A stretch of 64,000 bases of DNA, taken from contig RQSC01000125.1 in NCBI GenBank assembly GCA_013416795.1, positions 17,571 to 81,570 of the forward strand, given 5' to 3'. Under the pieces are notes generated by a model. The model was not told the origin of the DNA, made no database searches, and saw only the letters and a list, made by a program, of their open reading frames with translations. The first letter of the stretch is position 1, and each line of letters opens with the position of its first letter. This DNA comes from Prasinococcaceae sp. CCMP 1430. Its lineage: Eukaryota; Plantae; Prasinodermophyta. Shown here piece after piece: positions 1 to 10,216 of this stretch. The position numbers were made by a program, and so were the translations under genes.

Positions 1-2222
1 GCGTTGTCCCAGCGCTCGCCCTCGCCGTCGGTGAACGCCACGTTGAGCTCGCGCGCGCCCTCGGGCGCCCGCAGGGTGACTGCCCAATAGCCGCCGCCCT
101 GTTTCTCCATCGGCAGGCGCGAGATGGCCGCGCTCCAGCCGTCGAAGCCAACCTGCGCGTGCATCTCCTCGGCGCCCGCGAGCGGCCCGTCCGCCCAGGC
201 GAGCAGCCGCACGACCTTCCCCGGCAGCGGCTGTGGCGGCAGCACTGCCGCGCGCACGTCGTCGAGCGCGCGCGCCTCCGCGGCTTGGAGCGCCTCGTCG
301 CGCGCTTCCAGGTAGTCGTTGGCTGCCCGGCCGATGTCCACGCAAAAGGTGTCCGCGGCGGCGGCGGCGAGCTCCGCGGCACGCATGGCACCCTCCACAC
401 CCCACCACGGCTGCGCCACCCACAGCGCCGCCTGTCGTCGCGCCGCGCACGCAGCAGAGGCGGGAGACACGGCTTCCGTCAGCGCAAGGCGCGCCAAAGC
501 TTGTGTTGATGAGTTTGCGTGCGTGCGCGGAGATGCGCACGCGCGCGCGCGCGTGTGTGCGCGCGCGCGGGGGCGTGCATTCAGAGGCCCGCCACGCACC
601 TCTGGCAGCCTTTTCGCCCACGCTTCCTCCGAGTGCGTCGCCCCTTTCACGAGGTTGGAGCGCACCCGCGCGGACAGTCCCGCGCCACCCATCCACGCCA
701 CGCACTCGCCGTACATGCGGCTGAGCATATCGTCCAAGTCGTGGCGGTCCTCGGAGCCCTCCCGCGTCGAGTACTCCTTCGTGCCCATGGCGATGTACAT
801 GCGCGCGGGCCAGCGCGCGTCCACCTGTGAAGAAGGTGCGCGCGCGCGTCAGCGCGCCGCTGACTTGCGGGGGATTCCAGGCGCCGCATGGCGTGCCCGC
901 GGTCGCACGCGCGCGCACAATGCACGCGCGCTCACGCGCGCGACGAGCTGTTCGCGCGCGCACTCGCAAGGCAGGGCGCACGCAATATGCGTGGGCACGC
1001 ACGCGTGCACACACGGACGCACCGACGAGAGCCGCGTCTTGACCCTCTCGAGCAGGCGCCCCTCCTCCACCCAGAAGCTGGGCGACTCGAAGATACACGC
1101 CGCGACGTCGTCCGGCCTACAAAGAGCGGCGCCAGCGGTGCGCTGTGTGAGGCGGTGCGACGCCAGCGCGCGCGCTGCGCATCCACGAGACGCGCGTGCA
1201 CACAGGCGCACGCGCGCTTGCGCCGCGCGCGCAAGGCAGCTCCCCACACACATCAACATACACGAGCTTGCACGAGCGCTCGTTCGGACGTTCGCCCACG
1301 CACCTCTCCATGGCCATGTGCAGCGCGGCGACGCCGCCAAAGGACGACCCACCGAAGGCGCGGAGCGCGGGCTCGTTGGCGCCGAGGCCTGGGAAGGCCT
1401 CGGCGAGCGCCGGCGCAACGTGGTCGAGGACGAAGCCCAGGTGCTCCGAGATGCCACCGCCAGGCCAGTCGGCGGCCTCCGGGCGCATGTCGCCTGGGCC
1501 CATGCCTGGGCGGTACGGAAGGTACTCGTACGGGCGCCTGCGAAGGAGCGGCGGGCTGGGGAGCGTCATGTTCTCGCCGTACGGGGCGAGCGGTGGTGGG
1601 GGTGGGGGCGGAGTGGGGCCGAGCCCGGGGTTCAGCCCAACATCGCCGGGGTTTTCGCCAACAAGGTGGATGGNAGAGGCCTGGGATGCGGGAGGTGCGG
1701 GTGCGGGATGGGGGAGGAGGGAAGGAGAAAGGAGGGCATGAGTGAGCGGCGGTACGTGCGTGTGTGCGCGAGCGCGCACTCGACGTCGTGTCGGCACGGG
1801 CGAGCACACGCGCGAGCTTGCGCAGCGCGCGTCGCGCACCTCGCCCCGGCGTTATCTATTGCCGCCACGGCGAACGGCGGCGCCGCTCCTGCCGCTATGA
1901 GCGCGCTCGCGGCCTCCGCCGCGCGCCAGCTCGAGCCGCTGTACGACTCCTCGTCGTAGAAGACGTTCTGGCCGTCGAGCAGCAGCAGCACCGGCACGCG
2001 GCCGCGCATGGCCGCCGCGGCGCTGCCGAACGCCGGCGGCAGCCACGCGCGCACGCGGCGCGAGTTGCCCTCGCACGGGCCGTGCACCTGCGAGCGCGTG
2101 CGCGCGCGTGCGTCGCGCGGAGGTCAGCGGGAGGGGACGGCCCAACGCGCCCACGCCGGCGCTGTGCGGCTCTTTCTGCCCCCCTGGTCACGCACGCGCG
2201 TACGCACACGAGCGCGCTCTCT

Positions 2223-2267
<45 letters not shown>

Positions 2268-2524
2268 ACCGTGATCTCGCGGAGCGTGCCGCCTGCGAGC
2301 GGCACTCCGCAGCCCTCGTCCGCCATCGACCACTGCGCCCGCGCGCCCGCGCTGTTGAGGGGCACCGGCACGGCCGGCGGCAGCGAGGTGCCCCCGCCGA
2401 AGACCCCGCCGAACATGCCCGCGCACCGCGCGCGGCGTATGCCCCACCCGCCGCGCAGGACCGCCCACCCCGCCGGGTGGGCCGCAGCAGCGCACCGCGG
2501 TTCATGCGGGGCTGCTGCGTGCAT
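1..2524 (-). CDS. Alpha/beta-hydrolase esterase (COG2819/YbbA-like) with C-terminal starch-binding CBM53/CBM25-like module; multi-exon, runs off the left edge
   Basis: The spliced product has PVLLLLDGQNVF, AVAAIDNAG, YEYLPY, the nucleophile motif FGGSSFGG, FESPSFW, RMYIAMGTKE and KGATHSEEAWAKRLPE. A GT-AG intron (432-599) joins this in phase to an exon ending HAQVGFDGWS...GYWAVTL...LNVAFTDGEGERWDN. The start ATG at 2524 is tentative. Confidence 0.8.
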
Positions 2525-2592
2525 GCTCGAAATCAGTGGTCAGAGCGCATGCGCAACGTGCGGGGCCAGGCCAAAACCTTAATCTCAAGTGC

Positions 2593-2600
2593 TAGGGTTT
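2593..2600 (-). promoter_or_regulatory. Telo-box (AAACCCTA) in the divergent promoter between the esterase and the ferredoxin-like gene
   Basis: TAGGGTTT on the + strand is an exact telo-box, in a locally AT-richer intergenic segment. Confidence 0.5.
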
Positions 2601-2811
2601 ACAATGAGCGCCCACCGGCAACGGATGCGAATTGATGTTCATCATGATGGTGATGGCATGCGGTATGCGCACGCGCGACAGATGCAACCTTAACCCGTCC
2701 ACCCATGGCCGCGCAGGGGGGAAAATGTGCTGTTGCAGTCGCGTGCGAGTGCGGCCCCAGCGGCGCGCGCCACAGCTGCGCGGGCGGGGCGCGGTGGGGG
2801 TCCCTCCCGCG

Positions 2812-2973
2812 ATGCTCGCGCGCGCGGCGCGCGAGGCGAGCCGCCGCGCGGCGGCGCCGCTGCGGCGCTACGCTGCCGCGCCCGCGCTCGTGTCGGACGT
2901 GACGGTGCCCTTCACAGTCGTTGACTACGATGGGGTGCGCCACAAGTGCGTCGGCCGCGTGGGCCACAACCTC
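2812..2973 (+). CDS. Mitochondrial ferredoxin-like protein, N-terminal fragment (resembles complex I ferredoxin-bridge subunit); truncated at the n at 2974
   Basis: An Arg/Ala-rich presequence MLARAAREASRRAAAPLRRYAA is followed by LVSDVTVPFTVVDYDGVRHKCVGRVGHNL, matching the first beta-strands of adrenodoxin-type folds. The rest of the gene is absent after the n. Confidence 0.55.
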
Positions 2974-3212
2974 NGCGCGCGCGCGCGCGCGCGCGCGCGC
3001 GCACGCGTGGCGTCGCGCCCACCCCCTACACAACCTTTTTCATCACCGCTTTTTTCTCACAATCACTTCAGATAGCATTTTAAAAACACGGTTGGAGCGC
3101 GGTCTGTCGCGTGGGACCGGACTTGCGCCCCCGCCCAAATCCGATCCGCGGAAACAAAAAAAGCGCGCGCCGAACCCCGAACCCGCCGTCGCCGAACCGG
3201 CGGTCGACGCCC

Positions 3213-3391
3213 GCGAATCCGTTACGAATGACGTCCCACAACGACGACATCAGACCCTTTGGAGATTCAGCGAATCCATTACAGATGACGTCGCATGACG
3301 ACGACATCAGACCCTTAAGAGTTTCAGCGAATCCATTACAAATGACGTCGCGCAACGATGACAGACCCTTTGTAGTTTCAACCCCGAATCC
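3213..3391. repeat. 57-bp tandem repeat, three copies
   Basis: Units start at 3213, 3270 and 3327, with a partial fourth at 3384. The shared core is GAATCC..TAC..ATGACGTC...CAGACCCTT. Confidence 0.9.
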
Positions 3392-3432
3392 GGAAAGCGC
3401 GCGCGCGCCGGGGGGGGCCGCGCGCGCGAGGG

Positions 3433-3668
3433 CGCCGACGGCGAACCCAAACCTCGCCGACTCGATTCGAATTCGCAATGACCTCCTCAAAGGCGATACA
3501 CAGACCCTTAAAGTACATACCTCAAAGATGTTCCGCGGCGCGCGGCGGCGCGGGGGGCGCGCGCGCGACGCCTCTTTGAGGTATGCACAGAAAGGGTCTG
3601 TGTATCTCATTTGAGGAGGTCATTGTGCATTGGAATCGAGTCGGTGAGGTTTGGGGCTGTCGTCGGCG
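3433..3668. repeat. Long imperfect inverted repeat (arms ~3433-3528 and ~3573-3668, 44-nt GC spacer); MITE/foldback-like
   Basis: The left arm CCAAACCTCGCCGACTCGATTC...CATACCTCAAAGA aligns without gaps to the reverse complement of the right arm, with about 10 mismatches over about 82 nt by manual count. Confidence 0.85.
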
Positions 3669-3719
3669 TCATCGAACGCGCGCGTGGGCGTGGGCGTGGG
3701 CGCGGGCGCGGGCGCGGCG

Positions 3720-4100
3720 GGGGAGTGACTGCACACACACGCACGGCGCTGGCGTTAGAAGCACACACACACAACACATCCATACACACAGCACATACAC
3801 ACACACAGCACACAACAACGCACGCAACGCAACACACACAGCACACAACACAGCGCACGCAACACAGCGCGCACATGCGCGCAGCGCAGCGCAGGCGCTC
3901 CACGCGCACGGCGCCGGCGCTGCACACACAGACACAGGCATGGCGCTGGCGTTGCACACACACGCCGCACGGTGGTGGCGTTACACACACAGACACACAC
4001 AGCACTCACACGCACACAGCACTCACACGCACACAACACACGCAACGCAACACGCGCAGCGCACAGCACAGCACGCGCGACACGGCTGCGCGCGCGCGCA
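3720..4100. repeat. (CA)-rich low-complexity tract with internal near-duplication
   Basis: ACACAC/GCAC runs. The motif GGCGCTGGCGTT occurs twice. Confidence 0.8.
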
Positions 4101-4274
4101 GCGCTCGCGTCGCCCGCGTGGCGCCCCGCGCGGCGCGACCCCGGCGACGATCTTTATCATAGTTATCTGCGCGCGCGCGCGCTTTACGCGGAAGGAGCGC
4201 GTTTTCGGGGACGCGCGAGCGTTTTTTTTCCCATCCGTCGGCGCTGTCCGTCCCACTGTCGGTCGTCGAGGGGC

Positions 4275-6586
4275 GATGGGCTGGCCGTTGCCGCTGGGGG
4301 GGACGAGGGAGCCGGGGGAGGCGGCGCTGACGGCGCGGACGAGGGCGAGCGGTGGCAGCGTCGCAGCTGGAGCCTGCGCAACTGGGCGGAGGCGCACGCG
4401 CTGCAGGAGGCCGCCCACGGCGCGGAGGACGCGCGCCAGCGCGAGCGCGCCGCGGGGGCGCGCCACGCCAGTCTGGCGGCGGCGGCCGCCGCGTTTTGGC
4501 AGGAGTGCGGCGGCGCTGAGGCCGCGCGAGGGGACGCCGCGGGAGGCGNGCCAGGGGGGGCGGCTCGCTCGCCGCGTACGCCAACCTGCACGAGACGTTC
4601 GGCCTGCTGCCGCCCGCGCCCGGCGTGGGCGGCGGGCCCACGCTGCGCGAGTGGATCCCCGCCGCGCAGGCGGTCGCCGTCGTGGGCGACTTCAACGGCT
4701 GGGAGCCGCACGGCGACGGCAAGTGGTGGGCCACGAAGGACGAGGACACCGGCGTGTGGACGCTCGAGCTCCCCGCGGGCGCGCTCAAGCACGGCGACCA
4801 CTACCGCCTGCGCGTGCAGGGCCCCGGCGACGTGTGGCACGACCGCCTGCCGGCGTTCGCGCGCTACGCCGAGCCGGGCGACGCGATGCTCGACAGCGGC
4901 GCGGGGAAGCGCTACGACGGCGTGTACTGGGACCCGCCGGGCGGCGCGCGGCTCTCCGCGCGGCCGCCGCGGCCCGTGCGGCCGAACTCGCCGCGCGTGT
5001 ACGAGTGCCACGCGGGGATGGGCACGCCGGAGGAGCGCGTGGGCACGTGGCGCGAGTTCGCCGACGAGGTGCTGCCGCGCGCGGCGGCGAACGGCTACAA
5101 CGCCGTGCAGCTGATGGCCGTGCAGGAGCACCCGTACTACGCGTCCTTCGGCTACCACGTGTCGCTGCCCTTCGCGCCGTCGTCGCGCTGCGGCCCGCCG
5201 GAGGACCTCGTGTACCTGGTGGACAAGGCGCACGAGCTGGGGCTGCAGGTGCTGCTCGACGTGGTGCACTCGCACGCGTGCAAGAACGTGGAGGACGGCG
5301 TGGCGGGCCTGGACCTGGGCGGCGGCGGCGGCACCAGCCTCTTCCACGAGGGCGAGCGCGGCTACCACAGGCTGTGGGACAGCCGCTGCTACGACTACGG
5401 CAGCGAGTTCGTCAAACGCTACCTGCTGTCCAACCTGCGCTACTGGATGGAGGACTACGGCTTCGACGGCTTCCGCTTCGACGGCGTGACGTCGATGCTG
5501 TACACGCACCACGGCATCCACACCGAGTTCCACGGGTACCAGGACTACTTCGGCACGCACACGGACGTCGAGGCGTGCGTGTACCTCATGATGGCCAACG
5601 AGCTCATCAAGGAGATCAACCCCGAGGGGATCAGCATCGCCGAGGACGTGTCGGGCATGCCCACGCTCTGCAGGAGCGTCGGCGTGGGCGGCGTGGGCTT
5701 CGACTACAGGCTGGCGATGGGCGTGCCCGACCTGTACATCGACCTGCTCGAGAACTACAGGGACGAGCACTGGCCGGTGAGCCGCATCGTCTCCACGCTG
5801 TGCAACCGCCGCCAGCTGGTCGAGAAGTGCATCGCGTACACCGAGTCGCACGACCAGGCCATGGTGGGCGACAAGACGCACGCCATGTGGCTCATGTGCC
5901 CCGAGATCTACGACGGCATGTCGGCGCTCGAGGAGCCCTCCGCGGTCATCGCCAGGGGGATGGCGCTGCACAAGCTCCTGAGGCTCATCACCATCGGCCT
6001 CGGCGGCGAGGGCTACCTCACCTTCTTCGGCAACGAGTTCGGCCACCCCGAGTGGATCGACTTCCCGCGCGAGGGCAACGGCTGGACCTACAAGCACTGC
6101 CGGCGGCAGTGGCACCTCCCCGACGCCACGCACCTGCGCTTCCACCAGCTCGGCTACTTCGACAGGGAGATGCTGGAGCTCGAGGAGCGCACGGGCTTCA
6201 TGACCACCGACTGGCTGTGGGTGAGCCGCCAGCACGACGAGCAGAAGCTCGTCGTGTTCGAGCGCGGCCCCAACCTCGTCTTCGTCATCAACTTCCACCC
6301 GCACGAGGACTACGTGGACCTCAAGGTGGGCGCCGGCCAGCCGGGGCGCTACCGCGTCGCCCTCGACTCGGACCAGCCGCGGTACGGAGGCTTCGGGCGC
6401 ATCCCCGGCCCGGAGTGGGAGAAGGAGCCCCCCCGCGAGTTCCCCATGCCGTGGCCCGAGGGCCCGTGGGACCACTTCACCGAGCCCGCCGGGCCGGGCG
6501 GCATCGACGGGCGCGACTGCTACCTCACCATCCCGCTCGTGCCCGCGCGCAGCGCGATGGTGCTCGAGCTGCAGACCGACGACTGA
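4275..6586 (+). CDS. SBE: 1,4-alpha-glucan (starch) branching enzyme, GH13; frame broken at the n at 4549, start uncertain
   Basis: Motifs: [55 protein letters not shown] (catalytic Asp), AEDVSGMP (Glu) and YTESHDQAMVGDK (Asp). Intronless from 4550 to the TGA, with very high GC3. Confidence 0.97.
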
Positions 6587-6634
6587 GGCGTTCCGCGGCG
6601 CCAGCAGAGCGCGCACGGGCGCAAAAGAGCACGC

Positions 6635-6692
6635 AAACGAGCAAGCAAGCAAGCAAGCAAGCAAACAAACAAACAAACAAACAAACAAACAC
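6635..6692. repeat. (GCAA)n(ACAA)n microsatellite in the SBE 3' region
   Basis: Direct reading of the sequence. Confidence 0.9.
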
Positions 6693-7262
6693 AACGCGGA
6701 GGGCTCTACGTGCAATCCCGCAGCAGGCGTCACCTCCCCCCTCTCCCTCCCAACGAGCCACCCCGAGCTGCCCCGCAGCAACGCGCTTAGAGACCCCCCC
6801 GTCGGGCCGTTAGTCAACCCTCCAGAGTGCACGCACGCGCAAGCGGGGCCCCTGCGCGCGCGCAGCGCGCTAGCGCGGCGGGCCGCTCACGGCGTCCTTC
6901 GCCTCCCTGCCCCATCCCAACCTCCCTCTTCGCCCCCCTCTCTCTCGCGCACACCCCCACACGCTGCCCCGCGGGCCATGCTCGCCGCGCGCGCCAGCTG
7001 CCTGGAATGCTCTCCCGTGGTTACATGTGCCCATACATCACATGATATGTTTAAACCCGAAATGTTGGAGGAGCCAGGCGTGCGAGCAGCGCGCGCACAC
7101 TGTGCGCGCGAGCGTGCGTGCGTGTGTGTGCGTGTGGGTGTGCGTGTGGGTGTGTGGGTGTGTGGGTGTGCGCCGTGCCACAGCGCCCGCGCGTCGGCGC
7201 GCCCGCGCGCTATGTGCGCGCGCGCGGCGTGCGCGTGCACCGCTCGCGCGTGGCGCGCGTGC

Positions 7263-7307
<45 letters not shown>

Positions 7308-7481
7308 GCGCGCGCGCGCGCGCGCGCACACACACATACACACGTGCTTGTGTGTGCACGCTCCCCCCCGCACACACGCGCGCGCACGCGCGCGCTCGCG
7401 CGCATGTGCTGACGCGCTCTCGCGCTCTCGCTCGCCGCGTCCTTAGGGTCATCCGCGCCCTGCGCCTCGGCGCGCGCGTAC

Positions 7482-7640
7482 ATGATGTCCTTCTCGGGGA
7501 TGGCCGACGAGCTCGGCTGGGCGCCGCGCCCCCCCGTGGTGGCGCCGGCCGACCGCGCGCGCGTGCTGCGCGCGTGGGAGGTGCGCGCGCGACCGCGCGC
7601 GACCGCGCGTCCGCGACCGCGTTGGCGTGGGAATGTGAAT

Positions 7641-7680
<40 letters not shown>

Positions 7681-8291
7681 TCACTCACGCGCGCGCGCAC
7701 GCTCACACACACACACACACGCGCGCGCATGCGCTCGCGCACTAACGCACACGCGCCAAAACACACGCACGCGCGCGCGCACGCGTGCACACACACGCAC
7801 AGGCGCGCGCGCGCGCCGCGGGGAGGGAGGAGGTGGGCCTCGGCGAGGCCAGCCTGCCGTTCGCCGACATCCGGAGGATGTCGCCCGAGGAGTTCGTGGA
7901 GGTGCGTGCGTGCGTGTGTGCGCGCGCCCGTGTGTGGGCGTGTGCCCTCGCGTGCGCGCGCGCGCGCGCGCGCGCGCGTGTGCTTGCGCGCGTGTGTGAG
8001 GTCGCCGGCAATGCTGACATCGCGCGGGCGCACTACACGCACTCACGCGCACACACAGCTGCTCCACTCCGGCGTGGGTGCGGCCGGCGTGGTGGCGGGC
8101 TCCAACTACCGCTTCGGCTACCGCGCCGCCGGTGGCGCCGACGAGCTGCGCGAGCTCGCCGAGGCGCGCGGGATGGCCGTGGAGATCGTGGACCTCGTCG
8201 GCGACGACGAAGGGGGGGGAGGCGGCGACGAGGGTGCGCGAGCGCGCGAGCGCGCAAACACACACACACACACACACACAGAGAGACACAG

Positions 8292-8348
<57 letters not shown>

Positions 8349-8804
8349 ACGCGCGATGCGCGATGCGCGACGCGCGACGCGCGCGAGGGGTTGTGTCGAT
8401 GCTTACGTGTGTACACGCGCGCGCACACACACACACACACACGCACACACACCGCAGGCGCCGACGTGTCGTCGACGCGCGTGCGCTCCGCGCTCGCCCA
8501 CGGCGACCCGGGCCTCGCCGCGCGCCTGCTGGGCCGCCCCCACCGCGTGCTGCTCGCCTCCGACGGCGCCACGCCGCTCAACGCGCTGCCCGCGCCCGGT
8601 GAGTACGAAGGCAAGGTCGTCGGCTCGGTGACGGCCTCCCTCGCCTCTGGGGCGGACGAGCTGCTCGCCGGGGCGGGCGAGCCGCCGGCGGAGGTCGACG
8701 CGGTGGTGAGCGTGGGCGAGGACGGCCTCGTGCGCGTGCCGCCGGCGGCGGCGGACGCCGTGGGGGGCTGCGTGGCGGTGGAGTTCCTAAGGCCGGCGTT
8801 CTAA
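7482..8804 (+). CDS. RIBF: Plant-type FAD synthetase (RibF-like); at least three microsatellite-rich introns, N-terminus not resolved
   Basis: Motifs: SFSGMADELGWAPRPPVVAPADRARVLRAW, ASLPFADIRRMSPEEFVE, GVVAGSNYRFGYRAAG and VSSTRVRSALAHGD...LLGRPHR. Confidence 0.88.
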
Positions 8805-8972
8805 TACTGCGTGTGCCGCGCGAGCGCGCGAGAGCGCGCGTGCGCGTGTGTGCGTGTGTATGGGCGCGTGTGTGTGTGTGTATGTGTGTGTGTGCATAGG
8901 CAAGCGCGTGTGTGCCTCTTCGTGCGTGCGTGCGCGCGGTGCTTACGTTCGCGCGCGCTCGCGCGCGCGCTG

Positions 8973-9412
8973 CTAGCCGAACGTGTTGTCCGCGCCGCAG
9001 TGCTCGTCGAGCCAGCTCTGCACGAAGCGGACGGCGCACGCGTCATGCGCGTGCATAGCCGCGAGCTCCGCCTCGTCGAGCTTAGCCTCCGCGCCGGGCC
9101 GGGTGTCCGTGAGCTCCCCGCGCGCCTCGTGCAGCGTCACCGGCTTGCCCGCTGCGGCCGCCGCGACGCGCGCCTGCCGCACCGCGCGCGCCTGCGTCAG
9201 CGCGCGTGCCACCGCGCGGACGCGCACACATGTTCACCGGCGGGCGCCCATATGCACGCGCGCAAACGCGTGCACACACACGCGGGCGCATCAGCCCACA
9301 CACGCATGCGCGCACACGCGCAGGCGCATGCGCTCAACACGCGCGCGAACGCTTGCATGCGCGCTCTCCCTCCATCCCTCCTCCACGCACACACACACAC
9401 GCACACACACAC

Positions 9413-9454
<42 letters not shown>

Positions 9455-9890
9455 CGTCGATGGCGTCCCCTCCGAGCCGCGCGTCGATGACGAGCCCGCC
9501 GACGTCTCGTGGCGCGAGCGCCGCGGCCGCCGCCAAGCCTGCGGCGCGCGCGCCCGACGCGGTCAACGCGCCCTCCAGCGGCGCGGCGAGCCACAGGTAG
9601 TCGTCGGTGGTCGCCGCGCGGTGGTGCGCGCAAGCATGCGAGCGCTCGTGTGTGTGCACTCGTGCGTCTACGTCTGCGCCTGTGTGAGCTCGTATGCGCG
9701 CTCGTGTGTGCGAGCGCGTGCGTCTGTGTGTACGTGTCCCGCAGCAGACGGCAGCGAGCGCCGCCAGGCGGCTGTACGGCGGCAGGGCCGCCAGGAAGAC
9801 CGCCGCCGGCAGCAGCGGCGCGGCCGAGCGCGCCGCCAGGCAGAAGAACAAGGAGAAGGGGGGAAAAAGGCGCGCGCTTGCGCGGGCGCG
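8973..9890 (-). CDS. Hypothetical protein, multi-exon
   Basis: Coding-like exons (DYLWLAAPLEG..., LVIDARLGGDAIDE, ...FVQSWLDEHCGADNTFG*) are separated by (GT)n/(AC)n intron-like tracts. No recognised motif. Confidence 0.5.
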
Positions 9891-10216
9891 CGCGCACGCG
9901 CTTGTGTGCGCACGAGAGAGAGAGAGCCTCTGCGCGCGTGCACGTGTGCGCGCGTGCTCACGTGCGTGTGTGTGCCAGCGCGTGCGCACACGCACACGCA
10001 CACGCACCCAGCGTGGGACAGTCGTAGTCGCAATCAACAGTGATTCAATCCAAATACATGTACGGTACATACAACGTACAGCAGGAGGGCAGCATGCCGA
10101 CCTGGCGGTCAGCACCCTCAGCCGGCGCTTGCGCTCGCTCGCTAGGCGCCGCGGCGCGGGGCTGCCACCCGGCGCCGCGGCGCTGCGATGGGGCGGTCGC
10201 CCCGCCCTTGCACGCA

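Noticed and set aside
3213-3391. CRISPR-like array, or a 19-aa repeat protein (ORF 3111-3614)
   Set aside because: There are no distinct spacers. The ORF is explained by the 57-bp period in AT-richer DNA and lacks the codon bias of real genes here.
3583-6832. Long overlapping ORFs 3583-6813 (+) and 4184-6832 (-), and many similar Arg/Ala-rich ORFs elsewhere
   Set aside because: These are shadow frames of real genes caused by extreme GC3 and (GC)n/(CA)n repeats, with no motifs.
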